Assembly (NCBI GenBank): GCA_965112635.1
Contig: OZ218778.1
Location: 2,272,001-2,336,000 of the forward strand
Direction of reading: 5' to 3'
DNA length: 64,000 bases
From: an uncultured bacterium
Lineage (GTDB): Bacteria; Oederibacteriota; Oederibacteriia; Oederibacteriales; Oederibacteriaceae
The notes beneath the pieces are model-generated. The model saw only the letters and a list, made by a program, of their open reading frames with translations. It was not told the origin of the DNA and made no database searches. Below are positions 1 through 7,942 of the stretch, piece after piece. The position numbers and the translations under genes are program-made. Numbering within the stretch: position 1 is the stretch's first letter; every line of letters starts with the position of its first letter.

Positions 1-75
1 CTCAGCCTCAAGTTCGGGCATGGATTGCCCCTCGCCCTCCATGTTGTTTAGTTCGTTTTCGGTGTTGGTCTGCAT
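1..75 (-). CDS. N-terminus of a gene running off the window edge (MQTNTENELNNMEGEGQSMPELEAE...), possibly 30S ribosomal protein S1
   Basis: ATG at 73-75 preceded by AAGGAG; open to the edge; acidic N-terminus. The cmk-plsC-rpsA order is common, but identity is inferred from context only. Confidence 0.5.
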   Translation of the reverse strand, partial: MQTNTENELNNMEGEGQSMPELEAE

Positions 76-87
76 GCAAAGCTCCTT

Positions 88-732
88 TTAAACTTTTTCA
101 GTTTTATTTAGATTATGTTTCAATAGCGTAATCTTTTCCATGATCGCATCGCTTATTTTCTGGAACGCTTCCTTGTTACTTGGCATTGAATAAAAAGATT
201 CTAATGTTATTGGCTCTCCAAAACAAACAAATATTTTACTTAATTTTAACATTTTCCTTGTTCTGGGAAGGGCCTTAAATGTTCCCTCCACATAAACAGG
301 CACAACAGGAACCCTGGATTCCAGGGCCATGATCCCCATCCCCCTTTTGGCTTTTTGTAGATTTCCGTCACTAGTCCTGGTGCCCTCTGGGAACAACAAT
401 ACCGCCCCCCCTTGCTCCATGACCTGTTGGGCGCTATGAAATGCCCCCAGATCAGCACTCCCTCTTTTTACGGGAATGGAATGCACTTTCCTGATGATGG
501 CTCCAAAAATCTTGTTGGTGAACAAAGTATCCCTGGCCAGGTAATAGATCTGCCTGTTCGTTACAGCTGTGCCTACGACAATGGGATCCAAAAAGCTCGC
601 GTGGTTGGACGCCAAAATAAGCGGTCCTTTTTTTGGTATATGATTCAGGCCAATAACTTTCAATCTGTAAAAAATCTTAAAAAACAGCCAAAAAATAATA
701 TGTGCCGCTGAGTAGAGGTACGATCTCTTCAT
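88..732 (-). CDS. plsC: 1-acyl-sn-glycerol-3-phosphate acyltransferase
   Basis: NHASFLD (HxxxxD) and FPEGTR motifs; ATGA overlap with cmk. Confidence 0.93.
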   Translation of the reverse strand: MKRSYLYSAAHIIFWLFFKIFYRLKVIGLNHIPKKGPLILASNHASFLDPIVVGTAVTNRQIYYLARDTLFTNKIFGAIIRKVHSIPVKRGSADLGAFHSAQQVMEQGGAVLLFPEGTRTSDGNLQKAKRGMGIMALESRVPVVPVYVEGTFKALPRTRKMLKLSKIFVCFGEPITLESFYSMPSNKEAFQKISDAIMEKITLLKHNLNKTEKV

Positions 733-1391
733 GCTTTACCTTTTACCACGCTTATAATGATTTGCGCTACCTGTTCTACGGTCAGCTTGCTGGTGTCTAT
801 ATAAAAGGCTTCCGGCACCTTGACTAGAGGTCCCATTTTTCTACTTATGTCCTCTTGATCCCTCTTAAGGATGTCCTTTTTAAGGACCTGGCGGTCAACC
901 TCTATGCCTTTTTTTGTGAATTCCAAATAACGTCGTGTCACTCTGGCCTCGGCTTCGCAATCCAAGAAAAACTTTTTATCCGCATTGGGAAAGACTACAG
1001 ATCCTATATCTCGGCCTTCCATGACTATTGACGCAGTTTTGCCCATGGCACGCTGCATAGACACCAATATTTCCCTGACTCCCGGGTTGTTTGCAGTGTA
1101 TTCTGAGGTAAGCTTGGATATTTCAGGTGTCCGTATTTTTTCCGAAGCGTCCTTGCCGTCAATAAATAGACGCTGGTCTCCTGAAATATGTCTGAAGGAA
1201 ATATCGGTTTTTCTTGCCAATTCAAGAATTTTTTCAGTATCTTTCCAGTCCAGGCCGTTTTCCATTACCTTTAAGGTAATGGCACGGTACATGGCACCGG
1301 TATCTACGTAGATAAAGTTCATTTTGTCAGCGACAATTTTGGCTACAGTACTTTTACCAGAGCCTGCCGGCCCGTCTATGGCGATGACCAC
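729..1391 (-). CDS. cmk: cytidylate kinase
   Basis: IAIDGPAGSGKST, DTGAMYRA and EGRDIG motifs; GTG start. Confidence 0.97.
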   Translation of the reverse strand: MVIAIDGPAGSGKSTVAKIVADKMNFIYVDTGAMYRAITLKVMENGLDWKDTEKILELARKTDISFRHISGDQRLFIDGKDASEKIRTPEISKLTSEYTANNPGVREILVSMQRAMGKTASIVMEGRDIGSVVFPNADKKFFLDCEAEARVTRRYLEFTKKGIEVDRQVLKKDILKRDQEDISRKMGPLVKVPEAFYIDTSKLTVEQVAQIIISVVKGKA

Positions 1392-1591
1392 AATTTTGCT
1401 TTCCTTAAGATGGTTTCTATCAGATGCGCAATAATTTGTTTTACATTATTCAATAAATTATTACAATCACATTAATTACCAGTTTCAAAAAAGACCTTTG
1501 GTTTCCATTAAATAATAGCTTCAACTTCTATAACAACTCCATCAATAATAATATCGAGACAATTACCTTAATCAAATTCTGAATTGGGCTG

Positions 1592-1600
1592 TGCTATAAT
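1592..1600 (+). promoter_or_regulatory. extended -10 element (TGCTATAAT) for the 570-aa beta-propeller gene
   Basis: TGnTATAAT about 21 nt upstream of ATG 1622; GAGG SD follows. Confidence 0.55.
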
Positions 1601-1621
1601 TATCGCCAAGAGGTAGGGCCT

Positions 1622-3334
1622 ATGAGAAAGCAGTCCATTCTAATCTGGGCCATTTTCGCGGCCCTGTTTTTTCCCAGTTTTGCCCATTCTGACTATTGGG
1701 TCGACCGTCATGGCACCTTAAGCCCGAATGGAGACCTCCCCAAAGGCACCCGTTACCAGCCCAGTTTCAACCTAAACCTTGGCGATACCCAGTTGCTTTG
1801 GAAAGCCGACCAACTGCAAACCCGTAAGAACTTTGCCACGGCGACCTCTCCGACCATAGCCAACTCCACGGTATTCGCCACCATGGATAATACTCTTTAC
1901 GCCTGGGATTTGAATACAGGCGCGGTCAAACCAGGTTACCCCATAGCCCTGACCACCGCCGCCGGCATGACCAGCCCTATCCTGGCCAACGGCATTGTTT
2001 ACGCCGGCACAGGTGCCGCCATCTACGCCTGGACGCAGGATAAGGGCGTCCTGGTTAAGGGCTTTCCGGTCACCTTAAACGGCACGGTCTGGGCGCCTCC
2101 CCTGGTCCTGTCCGGCCTTCTTTATGAACCTTGCTCGGATTCAAAAATATACGCCTGGAACTGCCAGACCGGAGGATTGCTGTCCGGTTTCCCCGTGAGC
2201 ACGGGCAATGTCAGTTCCATGCCTTTGGACGCCGCTTCCCTGACGACTCCAGGCGGCATCTTGTCCCTGGTCTTCCAGACTTCCCTGGACGGCAGGGTCT
2301 ATGGATGGCCTCTCGGCCTTCCGGTCACGGCTACGGGTTTTCCCCTGAACACCGGCAAAAGTTTTAACGCCTCTCCCGTCATCTACCATGGCTGTCTTTA
2401 CGCCGCCACCGTGGACGGCAGATTATACGGCTGGAACCTTTTGACCGGCAATCCTGTGGCCGGATTTCCCCTGACCCTGACAGCCGGGAGCTTTTCCTGT
2501 CCGGCCATTGCCAACGGCAACATCTATGTCGGTACTCTGGATAATAAAGTTTTTGGGTTCAATATCGCCAGCGGTTCCCTGCTGCAGGGATTCCCGGTCA
2601 GCGTCAAAGGCAGTATCAGCTGTTCCCCGGCTGTGGCCAACAATGTGGTCTATATCGGCGATTCGACCAACACCCTTTACGCTATCAGCGCGGTGAACGG
2701 CCAGGTCCTGTGGAGCTACGCCATCCCGGTCGTCGTGGACAAGGCCGGGTTTAACCTGTCCTCGCCGGCCTTGGCTGACAACAGGGTGGTGGTCCTCTCC
2801 GCTTCGGCCAAGGGATTGTATGTTTTCGGCGACCCCCGGCAGCCGACCTCCACGCTGACCCCCAGCGTCACTCCCACGGCAACTGCGACCACGACTCCGA
2901 CCCCCAGCCTCCTGGCTATCTGCATGTCCAGACCCTGCGGATCAAGGACCACCTCCGCGACCTTGACCCTGACCAGCAGCCCCACCAGCACGGCCACGGT
3001 CACCCCTACCCTGACGCCTGTTATCGCGGCCTTGGACGTGCAGAACGTGATAGCCTATCCCAACCCTTTCAAGACGGGTGACATCATCAACCTGAGCTAT
3101 GTCCTGCCCACTTCGGACACGGACAAGGTGACCATCAAGATCTATACCATTTCCGCCCTGCTCATCCGGGTCTTGGACGGCTGCCCCGCCAATTACGGCC
3201 TGAACGCCTGCCCCTGGGACATCAAAGACCTTAAAGGCATCGGCCTGTCCAACGGCATCTACTATTTCAGCGTCGAGGCGGTCCGGGGCAATTCCAAGGT
3301 CACGCATATTGGCAAGATAGCCATCACCCGCTAA
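1622..3334 (+). CDS. secreted PQQ-like beta-propeller protein with Thr/Pro linker and C-terminal T9SS type A / FlgD-Ig-like domain
   Basis: signal peptide; about 7 repeats of YxW...G....G(F/Y)P; TPT-rich linker; CTD with YPNPF...IKIYT...WD.KD..G..LSNGIYY. Confidence 0.8.
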   Translation: MRKQSILIWAIFAALFFPSFAHSDYWVDRHGTLSPNGDLPKGTRYQPSFNLNLGDTQLLWKADQLQTRKNFATATSPTIANSTVFATMDNTLYAWDLNTGAVKPGYPIALTTAAGMTSPILANGIVYAGTGAAIYAWTQDKGVLVKGFPVTLNGTVWAPPLVLSGLLYEPCSDSKIYAWNCQTGGLLSGFPVSTGNVSSMPLDAASLTTPGGILSLVFQTSLDGRVYGWPLGLPVTATGFPLNTGKSFNASPVIYHGCLYAATVDGRLYGWNLLTGNPVAGFPLTLTAGSFSCPAIANGNIYVGTLDNKVFGFNIASGSLLQGFPVSVKGSISCSPAVANNVVYIGDSTNTLYAISAVNGQVLWSYAIPVVVDKAGFNLSSPALADNRVVVLSASAKGLYVFGDPRQPTSTLTPSVTPTATATTTPTPSLLAICMSRPCGSRTTSATLTLTSSPTSTATVTPTLTPVIAALDVQNVIAYPNPFKTGDIINLSYVLPTSDTDKVTIKIYTISALLIRVLDGCPANYGLNACPWDIKDLKGIGLSNGIYYFSVEAVRGNSKVTHIGKIAITR

Positions 3335-3500
3335 AGATCTACACCAAACCCTACCGCAGTCATATTTTTGCGTATAAAACCATCCTGGCTGTTTTTTAGG
3401 TCCAATGCGAGGGTTACCCTGCCGCACAAGAATTTGGAGTACTGGCCACCTATGCCCAAATATCCTCTACTGCGACCCCGGAGAGTACTTGGTCCATGGC

Positions 3501-3530
3501 TTGACGGCCTGAAACAGCCGGGGGTATCAT
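3501..3530 (+). promoter_or_regulatory. sigma70-type promoter TTGACG-N18-TATCAT
   Basis: consensus-like hexamers upstream of the GGAGG SD and ATG 3562. Confidence 0.45.
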
Positions 3531-3561
3531 CATATTAAAAAACGAGAGGAGGAATTGCACC

Positions 3562-3879
3562 ATGCGTTGGAACCACACCATTTCTTACTTTTTCGGAGGG
3601 GCTTTTCTCAGCAATGCGGTCCCGCATTTTGTCAGCGGGATCACGGGCCACCCTTTTCAAAGCCCGTTCGCTTCTCCGCCGGGGCAGGGTTTGTCTTCCG
3701 CCCTCGTTAATGTGCTCTGGGGCTCGTTCAATCTCATTTTGGCCTACCTGCTCCTCTGCCGCGTGGGTAAGTTTGAACTTCGCCGGACCAGTCATGTCCT
3801 CGTGGCTGGCTTGGGCGCCCTGATCATGGCGGTGATGCTGGCCTATGCCTTTGGCCGTTTCTACGGTGGCATCCTCTAA
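3562..3879 (+). CDS. small hypothetical membrane protein (about 3 TM)
   Basis: strong AGGAGG SD; hydrophobic segments; NAVPHF..G and SPFASPPG motifs. Confidence 0.8.
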   Translation: MRWNHTISYFFGGAFLSNAVPHFVSGITGHPFQSPFASPPGQGLSSALVNVLWGSFNLILAYLLLCRVGKFELRRTSHVLVAGLGALIMAVMLAYAFGRFYGGIL

Positions 3880-3970
3880 AAACTGGCGGAAAAATAGTTG
3901 GAGGCGGGGCGATTATTTCGTGTCAATTGTCAAGAAGTAACAGGTTTCATTTCGTCTCCTCGAAGGCAGT

Positions 3971-4966
3971 TCATTGGCAGCGAACCAATACCCCATCGGT
4001 ATTGAAGGGATGGGAGCTCCCTTCAGTCAATACTGTTGCGCGTGAATTGATGCTGTTGCCGTCCTCTGACAGGGTCATACTACCCTCAACCTGACATTTC
4101 GTCCCCACTGATTCGACATCTTTTTTATAGGAGACTTTATTTTCAACGACCTTCCCGACAGAATCTGTTTTGCCCGCATAGGTCTGGATAAGGTTTTCCT
4201 CAGCATCAATACTATATTCAATGACCTGATCGGCCCGGGAGCAATCGAAGGTACTACCATGCCATATGCCCATCGTAGAATCAGAAGCAAAGTTCGGATC
4301 ATTGGAGCTTGATCTTGTTTTAGCAACGATCCATTTCCCGGCAAAAGTATGCAAACGCGAGTCAATATCCTTGAGCTCGTAGATCCTATCCTGCACTTTG
4401 CGGCTGTCCTTGGCGTGCGGTGACGAAAGCAGATAAAATTTGAGCGAGGCCATAGCCTTGGCGTAGAGATGGCGCAGCTCCAAAGTCCTGGCCAGATTAT
4501 AGTTGGCCTCCGGCCACCAGGGTGCTAAAAGCAAAGCCTTTTGGTAGTTTCCGATGGCCCTGTCGTAATCCCCGTCCGCTTTGGCTTTTTTTACCGCGCT
4601 GTTGGCCATGACAAAATACTCCCTGGCCTCTTCGGGTATGGCGGGCTTTTCTTTTAGGGCCAACTTGATGACCTTTTCGCGCAACTCCTGGTCCTCGGGA
4701 TATTCCTTCAGGTCAGCCAGGTATTGCTTCAAAGTCCCCTTGGTCCTCAGGGGCGCTTTGGGTTTTTCAGCCGGGGTAGAGGTCAGAGCAGGTTCCTGGC
4801 TGGTGTCTGAGGTAGTGGGGGAGGCAGTCACATTATGGGCTTTAGTCTTATCCAGAGACTCCCTCAATAGGTCCTCGAGAGACCCGGCCACTGCCGTCCG
4901 GGTCACAAGAACAGCCAGACAGACCACACCCAGGAGCAAGACCATCCGCCCCAATATTTTTTTCAT
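3971..4966 (-). CDS. secreted tetratricopeptide-repeat protein with beta-rich C-terminal domain
   Basis: signal peptide; TPR pattern AIGNYQKALLLAPWWPEANYNLA; AGGAGG SD. Confidence 0.8.
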   Translation of the reverse strand: MKKILGRMVLLLGVVCLAVLVTRTAVAGSLEDLLRESLDKTKAHNVTASPTTSDTSQEPALTSTPAEKPKAPLRTKGTLKQYLADLKEYPEDQELREKVIKLALKEKPAIPEEAREYFVMANSAVKKAKADGDYDRAIGNYQKALLLAPWWPEANYNLARTLELRHLYAKAMASLKFYLLSSPHAKDSRKVQDRIYELKDIDSRLHTFAGKWIVAKTRSSSNDPNFASDSTMGIWHGSTFDCSRADQVIEYSIDAEENLIQTYAGKTDSVGKVVENKVSYKKDVESVGTKCQVEGSMTLSEDGNSINSRATVLTEGSSHPFNTDGVLVRCQ

Positions 4967-5027
4967 AACGCCTCCTGTGTTTTAATGAGAAGCAAGTTCA
5001 TCGTCTTTTTCTGAAAGCCCAGGCCGG

Positions 5028-5942
5028 TCAGGGGGCGTAATTGAAAACGCCGCCGGACCTATGTTTGGAAATATTCATCCCCACGGTATAGGACCAGGGA
5101 GCGGTAACGCTATTTCTGACGACCCATCCCGCGCAAACAAATTTCCCGGACCCGACCGTCGCGTCCTTGAACGAATGGTTGCAATTGGCGGCAAGGGACA
5201 TATAAACATCGACATCAACCGGGTAGGCATTGTTGTTCGTGATCCAGACCCTATCTTCATTGATGCTGGCGGGCCTCTTGGTCAGAATGACCCCGTCTTT
5301 CTCTGCAATGATCTGTTCTTTTTTAGGCTGCTTGGCCTGGGGTTTTTTCCCCTCCGGAGCTGCCGCGGCCGTGTCTTCGGAAGCATCCTTGAGGCCGTCC
5401 GTGTCCTCGGAAGCATCAGCTCCTTTGAGCCCTAAACTGTCGGCAGAACCGATTCCCTTTTCTCCCGTGCTTTCTTCCTCGTCCGGGGAACCCCCTTTCA
5501 TTTCACCCAGGGCTTGTTTCTTGTTCTGATCAAACTCCACTTGCCGGCGTTTTTCTTCCGCGGCCCGCCTTTCCTCCGCTGCCTTGGCCTCGTCCGCGTC
5601 CTTTTTTTCCGCTCCCATGCGGCGCGCTTCCGCGGCCTCACGGTCCTGTTCTCCTCTTTGTTGTGAATTATCACTGCCCCCAAAGATCCCCTGCCCAATG
5701 GAGTATCCTAAATTATAAGCGGCATTCCCAACCGCGTCCGAACCGCCGCCGCTGCCGGAAGAACCCCCTTGACTATCACATCCATGAGCGGCCATTTCGG
5801 CAGAGGTACATTCCCCCTCCCAATAAATGGCGTGTCCGTTCTTCATACAGCCGCAACTGCCGGCCATGGCCAGGGGGCAATGAACAAGGGAGACTATCAG
5901 GACGGCTAACAGGCTAAATGAGGATTTATTGGGTTTTTCCAT
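5028..5942 (-). CDS. hypothetical secreted protein (Cys-rich N-terminus, Gly-rich segment, coiled coil, C-terminal beta domain)
   Basis: signal peptide ending AMA; CGC...C...C; charged EK/EA-rich helix. Confidence 0.75.
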   Translation of the reverse strand: MEKPNKSSFSLLAVLIVSLVHCPLAMAGSCGCMKNGHAIYWEGECTSAEMAAHGCDSQGGSSGSGGGSDAVGNAAYNLGYSIGQGIFGGSDNSQQRGEQDREAAEARRMGAEKKDADEAKAAEERRAAEEKRRQVEFDQNKKQALGEMKGGSPDEEESTGEKGIGSADSLGLKGADASEDTDGLKDASEDTAAAAPEGKKPQAKQPKKEQIIAEKDGVILTKRPASINEDRVWITNNNAYPVDVDVYMSLAANCNHSFKDATVGSGKFVCAGWVVRNSVTAPWSYTVGMNISKHRSGGVFNYAP

Positions 5943-5952
5943 AATTGGCCGG

Positions 5953-5980
5953 ATTATAGCACCAGTTAAATGAGGTGCAA
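5953..5980 (-). promoter_or_regulatory. promoter TTGCAC-N16-TATAAT (with extended TG) for 5028..5942
   Basis: reverse complement of gtgcaa 5975-5980 and attata 5953-5958. Confidence 0.6.
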
Positions 5981-5981
5981 T

Positions 5982-6052
5982 CTTAGGTCAAAAACTTAGG
6001 TCAAATCTTAGGTCAAACATGGGGGGTCGTTTTGACCTAAGTTTAGGTCAAA
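5982..6052. repeat. five-copy array of (C/T)TTAGGTCAAA, direct and inverted
   Basis: direct copies at 5982-5992, 5995-6005, 6007-6017 and 6042-6052; inverted copy at 6031-6041. Confidence 0.95.
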
Positions 6053-6057
6053 GACAC

Positions 6058-6843
6058 TTACTCCTCGTAGATCATCTTAATGGTCATGCCGCCGTCCGCC
6101 ACCAGATTCTGGCCGGTGATAAAGCCGGCCTTTTGGCCTGAGGCCAGGAAAAGGCACGCCTGGGCAATATCCTCCGGCCTGACCACCCTGCCGGCCGGGT
6201 GCTGGCTATGGTCCCTGGCAGTAAGCTTGGCCTTTTTAGGAGGCACCTGCCAGGCCGAGGTGTCGATCCAGCCCGGGCTGACGCAGTTCACCCTCACCCC
6301 GTGCTTTCCCAGGGTGACAGCCAGAGAATGGGTCAAAGCAAGCAAGCCGCCTTTGGAGGCCGAATACGGCTCTGTGTCCGGTTCGCTCATCAAAGCGCGG
6401 GTGGAGGCGATATGGATGATGCTTCCGCCCGTCCGGCTGAGACTCTTGGCCAGGAGCTGGGAGCACAGGTAGGCGGCTTTTAAGTTCACGCTGAGGACCC
6501 TGTCCCATTCCGCCACAGGCCTGTTCTGTAACCTCGTCTGCCAGGCCATGCCCGCGTTGTTGATGAGCACATCCGCTCTTTGGAATCGGCTGAGGACCGT
6601 ACTGATGAACCTCCGGACATCCGCCTCTTTTCCCATATCCGCCCTGATGAACAGGACCTCCCCATTCCCCAGCCCGTACTTTTGTCTGAGGAGCTTTTGT
6701 CTCCATTTCCCGGCTTTGGCGTCACAGTCGGAAAATGCCACCCTGGCGCCGGAGCTCAAAAAGACGTCCACCACGCAGGCACCAATGCCTTTGGCCCCGC
6801 CGGTCACGACCACGACCTTATCTACAAACTCCCTGTTTTTCAT
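6058..6843 (-). CDS. SDR-family oxidoreductase
   Basis: TGGAKGIG, NNAG and YSASK motifs. Confidence 0.93.
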   Translation of the reverse strand: MKNREFVDKVVVVTGGAKGIGACVVDVFLSSGARVAFSDCDAKAGKWRQKLLRQKYGLGNGEVLFIRADMGKEADVRRFISTVLSRFQRADVLINNAGMAWQTRLQNRPVAEWDRVLSVNLKAAYLCSQLLAKSLSRTGGSIIHIASTRALMSEPDTEPYSASKGGLLALTHSLAVTLGKHGVRVNCVSPGWIDTSAWQVPPKKAKLTARDHSQHPAGRVVRPEDIAQACLFLASGQKAGFITGQNLVADGGMTIKMIYEE

Positions 6844-6873
6844 AGTTTCGCTCTCCTTCTAAAAGCAAAAATA

Positions 6874-7926
6874 TTAATTGGCACCCAGGAAAACTTTGGA
6901 TAATTTCAGGATACTTGTGTTCTTGTGGCTGTTGACGACGATGCGGGCCACCAGCTTTTTCTTGAGCGGGCCTCCCGGCCTGCCCGTAATGCGCAAAACA
7001 CCGGGCCTGGCAAGGACCTCGTTCACTTTGAACCCCTTGATGGTCCTGACCCGGTCCACGGTATTGGCCGCGCAGAACAGGTCAAAATAGACCTTTTTGT
7101 AGCACGCTGTTTCCGGCGAACTCAGCAAATACACGGCGTAATCGCTGCGGTCCAGTTTCACCAGCCTCACGAAAAAGGGGCTGTTCTGCGGTTCACGGAT
7201 GGCAACTTGGTCGGACAATAATAAATTGTTGATGCTGCCAAGACCGGCTTCCAGAGCAAACCCTGAACAGGACTGTTCTTTGAGGTCTCCTGAAATTTTC
7301 CTTAACTGGTTGACCATATCCTGGAACAGGCTGAGCCTGTCTTCCTCGAACTGGTCCGGCCTGTTTTTCCGGGGAGGGACCAGCAAGTAATAGGGCATTT
7401 TAAAAATCGCGCACAGGGAAGCAACACTTTTTATTTTTTCTTCATTTATGTTCACAATTGGATAATCAGTGACGGCCGAGGGGTCCAACCTGGCCATGAA
7501 GGAGTCGATCTCAGGAAGCAGGTCCCCAAAATAGAGCGAAAACAGCCACCTCTGCTCAACAACAATGGATAGTTCTATTTTGGGATGGGCCTGTTTTATC
7601 CGATGCAGAAGTTTCGCGTATTGCTTGAGCTCTTGTTTCGGGCACTCAAAATCAATTTGGCACCTTGGGATGTTATTGGCCTCCAAAGTTTTAAAAAATT
7701 GAGCATATTTACTTGGATTTAAATTGTTCACCTTGCCTGTGATGGGAAGGTCAGGCCAGGCGTTATCATGCCGGCTGAACAAAGTTTTCCATCTGCTGTC
7801 GTTTGGGGCAAGTTTATTGATTTCGATAAGATAGAGGATGTTGGGCTGGGTCCCGGCCAAACAAACCGCAGAGGACGCGAAAAAGCCGAAAATGACAACA
7901 ATGGCTAGTAAAATATTTTTAATCAT
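6874..7926 (-). CDS. exported hypothetical protein, DUF3142-like
   Basis: signal peptide; QIDFEC...L.QYA.LL...LSI....W resembles the DUF3142 motif (recognised from memory). Confidence 0.55.
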   Translation of the reverse strand: MIKNILLAIVVIFGFFASSAVCLAGTQPNILYLIEINKLAPNDSRWKTLFSRHDNAWPDLPITGKVNNLNPSKYAQFFKTLEANNIPRCQIDFECPKQELKQYAKLLHRIKQAHPKIELSIVVEQRWLFSLYFGDLLPEIDSFMARLDPSAVTDYPIVNINEEKIKSVASLCAIFKMPYYLLVPPRKNRPDQFEEDRLSLFQDMVNQLRKISGDLKEQSCSGFALEAGLGSINNLLLSDQVAIREPQNSPFFVRLVKLDRSDYAVYLLSSPETACYKKVYFDLFCAANTVDRVRTIKGFKVNEVLARPGVLRITGRPGGPLKKKLVARIVVNSHKNTSILKLSKVFLGAN

Positions 7927-7942
7927 TAAGGCCGGCCGCAGT

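Noticed and set aside
5982-6052. Repeat array considered as a CRISPR array
   Set aside because: Units are 11 bp with 0-13 bp gaps and mixed orientation; no spacers or cas genes.
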